Shown here: piece after piece, positions 38,153 to 51,664 of the stretch
How positions within the stretch are numbered: position 1 is the stretch's first letter
How the letters are laid out: each line of letters begins with the position of its first letter
Assembly (NCBI RefSeq): GCF_004010195.1
Contig: NC_057719.1
Span: forward strand, 17,594,165 to 17,658,164
Length of the DNA: 64,000 nucleotides
Reading direction: 5' to 3'
From: Chiloscyllium plagiosum
Lineage: Eukaryota
Position numbers and translations under genes: made by a program
Notes under the pieces: model-generated
The model's database searches: none
The model's input: only the letters and a program-made list of their open reading frames with translations
Told to the model about the DNA's origin: nothing

Positions 38153-39227
38153 AAGGATTGTACAGCAACAAGGTGCAGTTCCTAATCTCAAGCTGTTAGC
38201 CAGACTGTTAGACCATCCTAACCAACTCAAAGAAATGGCTATAACTGGACAAGTTATTATTTTAATCAAATCTCCAACTAGAATGTAGCAATGGTAATTC
38301 TTTGCAACACTGTCTTAATATGACATCCTGTGTTAGCACATTTAACCCTGTAACTTGCCATTTGCTGCACTATCCATTTTAAAACAAAAATTACAGGGGA
38401 AACTCATTTTGTCACATTTAAATAAAATGAAACAAAGGGATTGGGCAAAGATTGTGTGGGGTGGTGAGGGGAGTGAACTGTACAGATATTGAAATGTAAT
38501 GAATAATAAACAGAACTGATTATTCACAAGACAGGATTACTTACACACTTTTATTGTGTATCACACAAGGCTACTTTAATAACTGTTAAATCAAAGATTA
38601 TGAATAGAATAACCTGAGAATAGTCCAGATCATTACTATTCGGTTATGAAAAGTACTTTGGAAATATTACAACTTGAATTAATTAGAGGACATCCACTTC
38701 AAAATGTTTCTTACCTTGACTCATGCTCTGCAGTATCTACACCGAGGTTATGTGGTTAACATTCACCTAACAAACTGCACATCAATTTTCAATTCCAGCC
38801 ACTGTGGAACACTGTTTTTTGCTAGAAACTGAGGCCAATGCAGACTCCTAATCCTCCTGTATGATGGCAGGAAATGACTATTCACTCCTCTGCAAGAAGT
38901 GTCCCACCGCCATTTTGTATCTGATTGTCACAGAAGCAGCAGGAATGCAGACCAGGGACATGCAAAAGTGGAATTAACCCACTTAAATGAGGATCTTGTA
39001 CTCCTTCTAGGAGTGGTTCAGGATGTGGGAATATCAATCACCATGTGATGTTGCACGGGACGTTCTCACAGAGTTGACCAGCAGGAAGACCAACCTGTAC
39101 ACACTTGACTGGGATCTAGGCACAGCAGGAATCCACACTTCAATGAAACTGAATCACTCCTCCCCTCTCCCTGGGGACAGCTACTACTCGCGAGTATTCC
39201 AAAACAGCTGGAGGTCTTGCCTAACTG

Positions 39228-39440
39228 GGCATCAGTTAGCTCAGTTGGCTAGACGGTCAGTTTGAGACGCAGAGTGATGCCAACAGTGTGGATTCAATTC
39301 CCACACCAGCTGAGGTTCCCATTAAGGACTCTTGCTTTTCCCGTGGCATGATCACCCTCTCGTTAAACCACCACCTGTTGCCTCTCTACCAAGAGAGGGT
39401 AGTGCTATGGTCTGATGGGACTATGATCAACTTGACCTTG
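39228..39440 (+). mobile_element. tRNA-derived SINE
   Basis: TTAGCTCAGTTGG A-box, GGATTCAATTCC B-box, (CTTGAC)n tail. Confidence 0.7.
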
Positions 39441-41339
39441 ACTATCTGCACAGATAAATGTCACAGGTCACACAAGCTCATCGAAAGAAAAGCAAGATTT
39501 TGACAGTAATATTGGGCAATATTCCATCCTCGGTAAAACATTAGAAACCCAATTAACTGGTTGATCCATACAGTTATATCAGGTTTTGAGTGCAATCTAG
39601 CCACTGCGTTGGCCAAATAGCAACTCTGGCTGGAAGTGTGCTTTGCCTCCTTCCATGAACATGGGCACATATACGCAGATGGTTCTGAGAAACTGAGAGA
39701 GGAGAATTCACTCCAAGCCCCATTCTGTATGATTTAGCATTCGAACCGCTTCTATTTGAGTTTTTTGCTATTCCCAGTTGTGGGTCTAATTAGGCCGATG
39801 TGATATATTCTATAAAAGTTCTGATCATCAGTCTCATGTTAAGAGTTCAAGCCAACGTTGTTGTCCTCAAGAATTCAGAGTCCAAATTAAAAATTCATCT
39901 TCCTTCCTCACCATCTATGCCAAATGCTAATGACTTGGTCAATGATAGACTCCAGACAGTTACCTCTGTCTTAATGAAATACAATACATTTTACAGGGAG
40001 GAAATGGGAATAGAATGTATTCTTAATCTTTCCGCTAAATATTAATAAGCTCTGGAACTAATGCCGAAAGCATTGTTCCATAATCATTGATTTTTATTTC
40101 TTTTCCTGTTGAAGAAAATGAGCACAATTGCATTCCCAGTGAAAGTTGTTTCTGGGGTTTAGTATCACAACCCCTTTTTTTTGTAGTAGTTATTTCATAC
40201 AGCTGCTAATCCTTATGGAACATTTTAATCCAGAATACTAAATATAATTACTCTTATTTTAAGGTGGGATGGCATTTAATCAATAACTGGCAAACCTCCT
40301 CACACACATGGCTGATGGATTAAAGAGTGCTTGGAATTTGAAAGCTCAATTTTATGGGAACATGAAGCCAGCATTGCAAGTGCATCATCCAAACATTTTG
40401 ATTCATTTACCTCCTCTCCTCTACTCTACTATTACACAGTCACTTTATCACAATTTTAACCAGTCGCACTCATGAGGTGCAAATTTGTTTGGTGTTGGCG
40501 GGGAGGTAGGGATATCATCATTCACGCAGGAAGTTTGAGAAAATGGGGCATCATGCACTTTTATTTTTTACTAATGCATCGCAGTCTGGAGTGGTGCATG
40601 CTGTTAGTAAAGGTTTTAATGTTCCTTTCTAACACTTCTGGTTCTTAGTGTCATTGGTAGAGCATTAGAAGAAATTGCAGGTTGATACACAACTTGTTTG
40701 GCCCCATTAAGAACACATGTCCTTGGTCAATAAGCCCTGGATGGGACTTGAGTTTAGAGTTTCCAGCTCAGAGGCATAGACATTACCTATTGCTCCATAG
40801 GACCTCCCATAAATTTGTTTAATAGTTTACAATCCAGGATTTTCCTGCTCCACAATCTGAGTGAACATTCTTGGCAGCACTGCTACAGAATGATGAGGCA
40901 TTATTTTCCATCAATCCACGAGGCTTCAATATGGTTTGAAGGTCTATGGTCTCAAAATAGCTTCCAGATATGAGACTATTTGATTTCCAACTTCAGCAGG
41001 AGTTTTTTTTTGGGTGGCATAAAAACTAAATAAACCTGGCATTCGACAAGTGTGTTTGATTCCACACAGTGGAGTTTGAAAGTAATGTTTAGGAGACTCC
41101 AAAACTAACATAAAGCTTGAGACTGTTGTTATGGCAATGCTATAGCATTGCTGATAGGTATGTTACTCTCATCTTAAGTTATTAAACACCTTTATGCTTT
41201 TAGGTATTTTAGGTCAACACAATACTATTGCTGACTACCAACATTTCAATCCAGAGTGAATCTGGATTTCAGATTCAGGTTCTGATTCGGATTGATTAAA
41301 GGTTTCTTCTGTAGTTGGATGTCAATGATGTAAAATTGG

Positions 41340-41830
41340 TTCATTTGCATAACTTTCAAGAGGTAGAGAATTGAAAAGCAGTCAAGCTTGTACAGAACTT
41401 GTTAGACCATATTTAATGGGCTGTGTGCATTTTTGATCTCCATAATATACAAAGGAAGGTGATACAATGGGGACATTGACAATAATGACACCAACTATCA
41501 AGAAAACTTGTACAGGCTCAGACTTGTTTCTCTAGAAAAGTACCAACATAATAGAGGTTTTACAATTACAAGGGCTTAATGCCACAAACACAGAGAAGAT
41601 GATTCTGTGTCTGGATGAATCCATAACCTTACGTTGTCTCAAGTACAAGGCCAAAACTTTGAATGTTTTCAAGAAAGGGATTGATATAGTTCTTAGGGCT
41701 AGACAGACCAAAGGGTATGGGGAGGAAGCAGGAACAGGGAAGTAAGTTGGATGATCAGCCATGATCGTGTTGAAAGATGAATAGGTTCAAAGGGCCGAAT
41801 GGCCTATTCCTGTTCCTATTCTGTTTCAAT
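41340..41830 (+). mobile_element. Degenerate CR1 3' fragments
   Basis: KLVQNLLDHI-like region and a CR1 3' end GATGATCAGCCATGATCG..GGGCCGAATGGCCTATTCCTG. Confidence 0.65.
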
Positions 41831-43827
41831 GAGATACCAACTGAGCAATTCCACAGCAAATTCAGGGGAAACGTACTGAAAGAGTGGCTAGAATATGTAA
41901 AGAAGGCATGAAGTAATTGAAACAGATATTGTGCATTTATTTGATAAAAGCTAGCTCAATATACCAGGGAGAAAATAATATATTGTTTGCATTAGATGAG
42001 GTGGAGTAAGGGGAAGATCATGTGGAGCCAGTTGGGCTGAATGTCTTGTGCCTTTGCTGCAAATTCAATGCAATTCAGTAAATTCTACTGCCAAAAAGGA
42101 ATAGAAAATCTGTGCTCAGAGAGGTTACACTACATTGTTGGGTTTCTCCCCTGCCCCCACCTTCCATTAACTAGCAGGGTTCAGTGGGAGAAAAAGCTAT
42201 CTAAGTGTGTTGAGCACTGCAGGATACTAAAGAGCTAATAATAGTTAACAAGTATCTGCTGATATGAATAGGTAGACTATGGCCTTTATGATGGTAATAT
42301 ACTAGAGGAGGTCAGGGCACTACAGGCACACAATGTGTTAGAGTTCCAAATCACTGCAGCACAGAGTGTTTCTGGTATGAACCTTTTAGCTGTGAGTTCA
42401 CATAAGGTGAGAGCACAATCTCTACCATGTTGCTGTGCCAAGCTTAGAATGCATGGAGCCAGGGGAAAAGTTGCAACTGGAAGAAAGAAGAAAAAGATTG
42501 TGGCTTCCTTTAAAAGAAAAATACTCCCTTCACCTTCTGGCAGCCGGCTATCGGTATTCTTCCTGTCTTCACAGCTGAGGAACATTTACAGCAAATGGAG
42601 GCAGTGAGAGCTAAATATCAGTGAATAAGAAATTACAAAGATTAGAACAATATTCACTAATAGTACTCAGTGTCACATTCAAGATTGAAGATCAACATAT
42701 GTCGATAATGTATCCAAACAAAACCTGAATAGCAATTTCTTAGAAATAAGGTGACAACATTGAACTTTTATACTTGGTCACACATGAACCACAAGAAATA
42801 TTTTGAGCTTGATTATAAAGACTTGCACAATAAAAACAGTCTCAAACTCTTAATTTTCTTTGCTTAAAAGAGTACCACTTGTCTCACCTTGATTAGCACA
42901 GACTGAATTAGGCACACAAATAGAAAGACTTCCTTTATGAATAGAGGTTATTCCAGTGAAGGCTGAAGGGAATGCAAATTAATGCTTCAGAAATATAACT
43001 GTAGCATTAATTTCAGAGGTTTTCTTTACCAACTTAGGTATGCAATTAACAGGGATGAATGCTATAAGAATTGTGCTTGACTTTAACGAGTTCCAATTTT
43101 CCTCTCATCTGGTTTCCTCAATTGCAGGAGATGGCTAGTCTTGCAAATTAGGCTACTTTGCAGTCTTTTAAAGTTATTATAAAGTATAATAAGAAAAGGC
43201 TTCTAAAATCAGAGAAATGTTTTTTTTGCTGCCACTTATTCCTCCAGCTTTGAAGAAAGGCAAAATGAAGGTGTATTATCAGGAACATTTTCTTTCTGAA
43301 GGGAGAGAAGGTTATGCCGTGCTAGTTAAATGATACTTATATACTGATTTCACACAAGACCAGCTCTTAGACAGCATAATGAGTTTTTCCTATAGTGCAG
43401 GAATGTTGAGCTGTGATACACACGACTTCCAGTGTGACTGAGAGCCCATTAATTTGTAATGGTCTTGATGATATCCTTATTTAGACTTTATTAAAGGAAT
43501 TTACACAGAATGGATCATATAGTAGATTGAGAGAAAAGCTCCCAGCATCTCTTTGGCACCCCATGGAAGTATGCCAAAAACATAAATTGAAGACATCACT
43601 GATCACCCAGACATGATTCTGCTGGTAAGGTTCTCACCTCTGGTTCACGAAGATTTATAGGTTTGAGTCCCACTCTGGAGACCTGAGCAGAGAACCTATT
43701 TGGATGCTCCTCATGCAAAGGGAGCATGGCATTCTGTGAAGAACTGTCATTCAGACGAGATTAAACTGAAGCCTTGTCTGTCACTTGAGGTTGCTGCAAT
43801 ACTGAATGGACTCTCAAGCTCTTAACA

Positions 43828-43984
43828 TTCGCCTGTAGCTGTGTTTTTGTTTTTGCTGCTGTTTACCTATTATTTACTTATCTATGCTACTCAACAATGT
43901 AATCTGCCTGTATTGCTCGCAAAACAAAGCTTTTCACTGTGCCTCGGTACACATGACAATAAATTCAAGTCAATTCAATTCAAG
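43828..43984 (+). mobile_element. LINE 3' tail (Rex1/Babar-like)
   Basis: CTTTTCACTGTGCCTCGGTACACATGACAATAAA followed by a (TTCAA)n tail. Confidence 0.55.
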
Positions 43985-44192
43985 TATTGTCTGGGTAGAA
44001 TGTTAAGAAGAGCAGAGATGTTCTATATGGCACACTGGCCAATATCTACTGACGTCAATTTTTGCAGGCAACTTGTTCATTACCACCTTAGTGTCTGGGG
44101 GAGCTTGCTGTGTGCAAATTGACTGCCACATTTCCTACATTGCAGCAGTGGCTGCATTTTAAATGTACATAAGTGACTGTAAAGCACTTTGG

Positions 44193-44388
44193 AGAAAGTT
44201 AAGAATGCAGATACTGGAGCGTTAGAGTCGAAAACTGTGGCGCTAGAAAAAGCACAGCAGGTCAAACAGCATCTAAGGAGCAGAAGAGGCAATATTTTAG
44301 GCATAAGCCCACCATTCAGGAAGACATTCCTGCTCCTTGGATGCCACTAGACCTGCTGTGTTTTTTCCAGTGCCACAGTTTTTGACTT
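44193..44388. mobile_element. Palindromic PLE family-A mini-element
   Basis: Inverted arms plus tail; perfect 15-bp TSD TGTAAAGCACTTTGG at 44178-44192 and 44389-44403. Confidence 0.88.
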
Positions 44389-45540
44389 TGTAAAGCACTT
44401 TGGGATTCCTGAAATAATGATGGGCACAAAGGAAATGCAAATCATTCCTTTTGGAGAAAGCTGCTCTCAACCAACTGGCAGAATTATTCAAAGGGGAACA
44501 TAGAATAATATTTCACAGCACGGTTGTGAAATCAATGCTGTGCTTCCAAGCTGGGCGAGATGTAATTTCTAAAGGCGCTTTGCACTGCACCCAGTTGTAT
44601 TTCAACTGAAATGAGAGGGGTTGATCTGCCACTGACTTCCATTGGTATGGGTTACCCCTACATCAGTTAAAGTCCCATTGATTACGTTCTTGGAGAATTG
44701 TGTCCTATGTTACACACCGCCCAAGCTAATAAAATTTAGGAGGATAAAATTCAGGGGATCCAATATAAGTTAATTTCACCATAAAAGGTGACATTCCCTT
44801 TCATTCTCACAGAAGGTTGAGTTTTACATGTTGCTGTTTTCCGTGCAGAGCTTTGTTTAAATGGAGAGCAGACTCCTGCTGTGTTCAGACCTGACTGCCA
44901 AATCTTTAACATGGAATAATCAAACTTTAGGAGAGCCTCAAGTCAGACAATCTGTCTTTTGAGTCAGGCTTAAATTTTCACTGAGGCAGAAGGGGCTCCA
45001 CACCTGAACCAGAATGGGGCCCGATCCCCAGTTCTGGACGTACACACCCCAGCACCACCATTTTAACCTGAAGCAAAGGAGTTAGGAAATCAGTGTATTT
45101 TGGGGCATCTACTTTGAGCACACATCGTTTATGAATGAACATGCACATTGTACAATTGCCTTCAAATTTCAAATCCCATTTTCATTACTGGGCTTTCTAA
45201 AACACAACTCTTATACTTTAGATGAAAATGATTGCCATTTTTGGACAGGTAAGGTAATCTTTAAGAGTTCAAGTGCTTTTGTGGAGAGGTCAGGTGCCCT
45301 TAAAAATTGTTAAGAGAAGATGTAATTGTGTGTACAAAGTGGATAAGATCCATGGAACTGTCGAACCATCAAGACATTTAAATCCCCAGGCCCTTTAAGC
45401 TTTTGATTTAATAAAACTAGAGAGCCCACAGTTGAAAAACAAATAGTGCTTACTGTTTCACAATAGGCAGAAGAATTAGTGCTGCTTGCCTGCTTCTGAA
45501 AACTAATAATATTACAGTGGGCTCCTTGTAATTTCCACAA

Positions 45541-46168
45541 TGTCATTTACTGTACTTCCACATGTGTCATCTACTGAATCCGTTACTCCCGATGTGGTCT
45601 CCTCTACATTGGGGAGACAGGATGCCTACTTGCAGAGCTTTTCAGATAACATCTCCAGGACACCTGTACCAACCAACCCCAACGCCCCGTGGTTGAACAC
45701 TTCAACTTCCCCTCCCACTCCACCAAGGTCATGCAGATCCTGGGTTGCCTCCATCGTCACTCCCTAATGCCTGGAGGAAGAACGCCTCATCTTCCACCTC
45801 GGGACCCTCCAACCACACGGCATCAATGTGGATTTCACCAGTTTCCTCATTTCCCTTCCCCCCCACCTTATCCCAGTTCCAGCCTTCCAACTCGACACTG
45901 CCCTCATGACGGCCATACCTGTCCATCTTCCTTCCCACCTATCCACTCCATCCTCCTCTCCAAACAATCACCACTACCCCAGTCTCCATCCACCCATTGC
46001 ACTCTCAGCTACTCTCTCCCCAGACCCACGCCCATCCAATTTATCTCCCCACCCTCCTCAGCTCACAGCCTCATTCCTGATGAAGGGCTTTTGCCTGAAA
46101 TGTCGATTCTCCTGTTCCTCGGTTGCTGCCTAACCAGCTGTGCTTTTCCAGCACCACACTCTCAACTC
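45541..46168 (+). mobile_element. PLE family A GIY-YIG endonuclease region plus 3' end (degenerate)
   Basis: FTCTS-like..VIY*IRYSRCGLLYIGETG (GIY-YIG)..EERLIFHLGTLQPHGINVDFTSF; hammerhead at 46073-46108. Confidence 0.9.
46073..46108 (+). ncRNA. Minimal hammerhead ribozyme motif (PLE family A)
   Basis: ATTC-CTGATGA-A-GGGC tttt GCCT-GAAA-TGTC-GATT; core intact, stem I weak. Confidence 0.65.
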
Positions 46169-46478
46169 CCTGTAATTTCAGTTTGATTGACATCTCCATC
46201 AATTTATAAAGGATTGGCTTCCTTTGATTTGGGGCTTTGCATGCAAATATATACTTTCGTAAAGGTTTAAGTACTTGAAAAAATGTTTTTATCAGGATTT
46301 AAAGACTTGAAGAGATTTAAATGTTGGGTGGAGGACATGGTTTGGACAGGGTTAGCTCTAAATTGGCATAGGGATGATCAAAGGTCATGGGAATATGGAG
46401 GGTATGAGGGGCAATTTGACTGAGTAGATGGACAAACATTGTCAGAGTCATAGAGCCATACAGCATGGAAATAGACCC

Positions 46479-47004
46479 AGCGATTCAGAGAGCACCTCTG
46501 GGCCACCCGGACGAACCAACCCAACCAACCTGTAGCACAGCATTTCAACTCCCCCTCCCACTCCACCGAGGATATGCAGGTCATTGGACTCATCCACCGC
46601 CAAACCACAACAACCCGACGGTCGGAGGAGGAGCGTCTTATCTTCCGACTGGGAACCCTCCAACCGCAGGGGATGAACTTGGACTTCACCAGTTTCTTCA
46701 TCCCCCCTCCCCCCACCTTGTCTCAGCCGGATCCCTCCAGCCCGGCACCGCCTTCCTGACCTGCAGTCTTCTTCTTGACCTCTCCGCCTCCATCCTACTC
46801 CGACCTATCACCCTCACCTTGATCTCTTTCCACCTATCACATTTCCAACGCCCCTCCTCCAAGTCCCTCCTCCCTACCTTTTATCTTCTCCTGCTGAACA
46901 CTCTCTGCTCATTCCTGAAGAAGGGCCTGTGCCCGAAACGTCGAATCTCCTGTTCCCTGGATGCTGCCTGACCTGCTGTGCTGTTCCAGCAATAAAGTTT
47001 CAAC
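46479..47004 (+). mobile_element. PLE family A 3' fragment (GIY-YIG C-terminus) inserted in CR1
   Basis: MQVIGLIHRQTTTTRRSEEERLIFRLGTLQPQGMNLDFTSF; TSD AATAGACCC at 46470-46478 and 47005-47013. Confidence 0.92.
46911..46946 (+). ncRNA. Minimal type-I hammerhead ribozyme motif (PLE family A), intact
   Basis: ATTC-CTGAAGA-A-GGGC ctgt GCCC-GAAA-CGTC-GAAT: stem I ATTC/GAAT, loopless palindromic stem III ACGT, predicted cleavage after C46942. Confidence 0.8.
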
Positions 47005-48098
47005 AATAGACCCTTTAGTCCAACTAGTCCATACTGAATATAATCCCAAACTAAACTAGTCCTACCTGCCTGCTCCTGGCCCATATCTCTCCAAACCTTT
47101 CCTATTCTTGTGCCTATCCTGTTTTAAATGTTGTGATTGTGCCTACATCCGCCACTTCCTCATAAAGTTCATTCCACATGCGAACAACCCTCAATGTAAA
47201 GATTTTGCTACTTGTGTCTTTTTTAAATCTCTCTCCTCTCACCTTAAAAATGTGCTCCCTAGTCTCAAGATCTTCCATTGTAGGCAAAAGACAGCTTCCA
47301 TTAACTCTACCTATACATCTCATTATTTTATGAACTTATATCCAGTTGCACCAGGGAGAATTCCAGGACCTATCTAGCCTTTCTTTATAACTTCCATACT
47401 CGAAAACATCCTAATAGATCTCTTGTGAATGCCCTCCAGCTTAATAATATCCTTTCTATATCTTGGAGGGTATGATGAGCTACGTGAATGGGTGAAGGCC
47501 GATAAATGGTATGAGTTGGCATTGATGGAGCATGGGGCATGCATGGTGGGGTTTGAGAGATGGAAGGGCTTTTTCTTCCATCTTCTTTCTTTCTTTCTGT
47601 TTTAACTGGGATGACATCTAAGGCAACTGAGGTGGGCTTTGTATCTAACCCACTTCAGTACCTTGTAGTCCTTTGGCTGACTCTCTTTCCAGAGGTGGCA
47701 AGTCTGAGACCACAGATTCAGCACTTTCTCCTACTTTAAGTTTGTGGAAATGGAAAATTTCCTAACTCAGCAAAACTCCACTACTCAGTGTCAAACTTTT
47801 TCTGTCTCCATGCTCTGGGTTAGAAGACTCTCTTACAATTAGAGTCTCAAATCTTACAACACAGAAGGGGAGAGCTTGGCCCATCTTGTCAGTGCTCTTT
47901 GAAAGGATTCTCAAATTTCTTCCCATACCATACTTGTCCCCACTGTTTCTATCGCCAATTGGAAGAATTACAGCTGATCAGATCGGCAGGAAGTGCGCCA
48001 AGTGAGAGCGTTGTGGTGATTAGCTTAAGCTCAAGCTTAAGCGACCCTTCTTCAGAACTAGTAAAATCGGAAATGATTTGAGTCCGATATAGCACTTA

Positions 48099-48730
48099 GA
48101 GTCATAGAGATGTACAGCACAGAAACAGACCCTTCCGTCCATTGCCGACCAGATATCCCAACCCAACCTAGTCCCACCTGCCAGCACCCGGCCCATATCC
48201 CTCCAAACCCTTCCTATTCATACACCCATCCAAATGCCTCTTAAATGTTGCAATTGTACCAGCCTCCACCACATCGTCTGGCAGCTCATTCCATACACGT
48301 ACCACCCTCTGCGTGAAAAAGTTGCCCCTTAGGTCTCTTTTATATCTTTCCCCTCTCACCTAAACTATGCCCTCTAGTTCTGGACTCCCCAACCCCAGGG
48401 AAAAGACTTTGCCTATTTACCCTATCCATGCCCCTCATAATTTTGTAAACCTCTATAAGGTCACCCCTCAGCCTCCGATGCTTCAGGGAAAACAGCCCCT
48501 GCCTGTTCAGCCTCTCCCTATAGCTCAAATCCTCCAACCCTGGCAACATCCTTGTAAATCTTTCTGAAACCTGTTAAGTTTCACAACATCTTTCCAATAG
48601 GAAGGAGACCAGAATTGCACGCAATATTCAAACAGTGGCCTAACCAATGTCCTGTACAGCCGCAACATGACCTCCCAACTCCTGTACTCAACACTCTGAC
48701 CAATAAAGGAAAGCATACCAAACGCCTTCT
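48099..48730 (-). mobile_element. Young CR1 (HER1-like) 3' fragment
   Basis: RLYRTLVRPLFEYCVQFWSP..RRLRGDLIEVYKIMRGMDRV..FFTQRVVRVWNELP. Confidence 0.95.
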
Positions 48731-48734
48731 TTCC

Positions 48735-49075
48735 GAATCTGTCACCAAGTGACCAAAAGCTTGGTCAAAGGGGCAGGCCTGAAGAAGAGTCTTAAAGGGA
48801 GAAAACAGAATGGACTGGTTAGTCCTTTATGCATCTCAAGACACAGTCACCAGTGGTGAAATGACTAAAATCTCAGATACCCAAGAGGTCAGAATTGGAG
48901 GACTACAGATATCTCGGAGGGTTGAGGGGGTTGGATACGATGAGAATAGAGTAAACCATCAGAGGTTTTGTAAACAATGATGAGAATTTTAAAATGAAGA
49001 CTTGAAGCCTTGACTTCAGGTCAACAAGTGAAGAGTGGGTGAATGGGGAGCAAGACTTGAAGCAAGTTAAAATAT
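48735..49075 (-). mobile_element. Probable old L2-type LINE 3' fragment
   Basis: GTGACCAAAAGCTTGGTCAAAG..GAGAATTTTAAAATGAAG pattern, recognised but degenerate. Confidence 0.45.
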
Positions 49076-49307
49076 AAAGAATTACATCAGAAGTGAGCCC
49101 AGGGAAAAAGAACGACCTGGTGCAGTTTGTGGCAGAGAAGTAACCCAATCTTTCTAAGGCAGCAGAACATCCATGATGGGGAAGGGGCCATTCTAATTGG
49201 ACATGGTCAGGGGAACTGATACAGAACTGGAATTGGACAGGTTTTAGGTCCCAGCCAGTTTTATATTGCTTTGAATTTCTCTCTGATAAAGCATCATAAA
49301 AAATTAG

Positions 49308-49600
49308 ATAGCCTTAAAATAAGGGGGAGCAGATTTAAGACTGAGTTGAGGAGAAACTCCTTCACCCAGAGGGTTGTGAGTCTGTGGAATTCCCTGCCCA
49401 GTGAAGCAGTTGACACTACTTCATTGAATATGTTTAAGGCAAAGGTAGATATTATTTTTAAAAGTAAAGACATTAGGGGTTATGGTGAACAGGCGCTTAA
49501 GTGGAGCTAAATCCACAAAAATGATAGCCATAATCTCACTGAGTGGTTGAGCAGGCTCAAGGGGCTAGATAGCTGACTCCTGCTCCTAATTCTTATCATA
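49308..49600 (+). mobile_element. CR1 3' fragment
   Basis: SLKIRGSRFKTELRRNSFTQRVVSLWNSLP. Confidence 0.9.
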
Positions 49601-51664
49601 TGTAGGCAGAAAGACAGAGAAAGGGGTGAAGTAGCTCATTCTGAATTGAATTTAATAAATACAGTTAAGTAATGACAAAAAAACTTATGGTTTGCTGTTA
49701 AACTGTGATTTGGACAATCATTAGTCCCCTTGATCTTTTCCAATTTGTTACTTTCTGGTTAATTCTACCCACTGCAGCGCTCATGTTTTGAGATATAATT
49801 TGCTCAACTCAAGAGCCAAGGAAAAGTCTGCAAGGACAGCTTCTCACTGAATCCTTCATCCATCTGTCAGAGGATGTAGGGGCTACCATGAAGTTATTCA
49901 CCTTCCTCACTCAGAAATTAGACTGCAATTATCACCAACCCTTAACATCGCCCTATTAATCTTCCAGACCTATCCTTTACTCCATTATCAATTAACAGGA
50001 AAGATGTTTGCTGGGCTGCTGTTAAAATTGCAATGAATTCCATTACTGAAAGTACCTTGCATGAGGTGAACTTTATTAAGATTACTCAGAATTTCTCCAG
50101 CTGATGAACTGTTTGCTTTCTGTATTCAGGCTCAGTGCAAGACTATTTGACGTTCAAAAAGAAAGGATATGTTTCTTGTTGTGCCTTTAGATGTATTGTC
50201 ATTTTTTATCAATGCATCATGGACATTTCCAAGAAACAGATCACAATTCATATAAATGCATCAGTCTGTCAGAAATGTCCTCTCATACTCCAATGTCTAA
50301 GTGCTAAGAAACTGCTATTAAACTCATTCATCATTTGCACTGATTGTTTGGAATGTTTCAGACCATAACGCCATAAGATATAGGAGCCGAATTAGACAAT
50401 TCAACGCTTTGAGTCTACTTCACTATTCAATCATTGCTGATGGGTTTCTCAGCTCCATTCTCCTACCTTCTGCCAGTAACCCTTGAACCTCTTACCAATC
50501 AAAAACCTGTCTATCTTTGTCTTAAATGTATTCAGTGACTTGGCCTCTGCAGCAATGGGTTCCACAGGTTAACTATCCTCTGGCTGAAGGAGTTCCTCTT
50601 CCTTCTCAGTTCTGAAGGGTTGCCCTTCACTCTGAGGCTGTGCCCTTGAGCCGTAGTCTCTCCGACTTGCGGAAATGTCTTCTTCATACCCGCTCTAATC
50701 AGGCCTCTCAGTATTCTATGAGTTTCAATCAGATTGCTCCTTATCCTGCTAAACTCCATTAAACACAGACCAGAGATCTCAGCTGTTCTTCAGATGACAA
50801 GCCCTTCATTCCCAGCATCATGCTTGTAAACCCCTTCCAATTCCCACACATCCTTCCTTAGATTTGAGACACAAAATTACAAATGCGGTGTGATCAGAGT
50901 CTTATACAGCCTCAGCCTGTTCCCTGTATCCCTGTTCTTGTATTCGACTCCTCTTGAAATGAATGTTAACATTGAATTTATCTTCCTAACTGCCAACTAA
51001 ACCTGTAGGTTATCCTTAAGAGAATCCTGCACTTGGACTCTCAAATCCCTTTGTGTTTCAGATTTCTGAAGCCTTTCCACATTTGAAAATATTCTACACC
51101 TCTATTCTTCCTATCAAAGGGCATAGCCTCACACTTTCCCGCACTGTATTCCAAATGCCATTTCTTTGCTCACTTGCCTAACCTATCAAAGTCCTTCTTC
51201 AGCCTCCCAACCTACTCAACACTAACTGCCCATCCACCTATTTTTATATCATCTGCAAACTTAGCAACAATACCCTCAGTTCCCTCATCCAGATTGTTAA
51301 TGCATAATGTGAATAGTTGTGGTCCCAACACTATAGAACTCCACTAGTCACCAGCTTCCAACTTGAAAAATATATTTTTATTCCTATTCTCTGCCTTCTG
51401 TCAGTCAGCCAAACCTCTATCCATGCCAGTGCTTTGCCTCTAACACTATGGGCCCCTATTTAGCAGACTGTTTGCAGCACCTTTTCAAAGGCCTTCTGGA
51501 AATCCAAATAGATCACATCCACTGGTTCTCCCTTGTCTAACTTGCTCATTACTTACTCAACGAATTCTAACAAATTTGTCAGGTGTGACGTCTCCTTGAC
51601 GAAGCTGTGCTAACCCAGTCTTATTTCACCATGCGTTGCAGGTACTGCACAATCTCATCTTTAT

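Larger units (their letters stand above)
43600..44450 (+). mobile_element. Ancient Deu-type SINE hosting two younger insertions
   Basis: tRNA-like head GGTTTGAGTCCCACTC, Deu-like TGGGGGAGCTTGCTGTGTGCAAATTGACTGCCACATTTCCTACATT, and TGTAAAGCACTTTGG tail. Confidence 0.65.
46445..47460 (-). mobile_element. CR1 3' fragment interrupted by a PLE
   Basis: CR1 tail at 46445-46478 resumes at 47005; FKVRGERFKKD..FTLRVVRMWNEL. Confidence 0.85.

Noticed and set aside
48022..48042. AGCTTAAGC-TCA-AGCTTAAGC short palindromic repeat
   Set aside because: Too short to interpret; lies beside repeat fragments.
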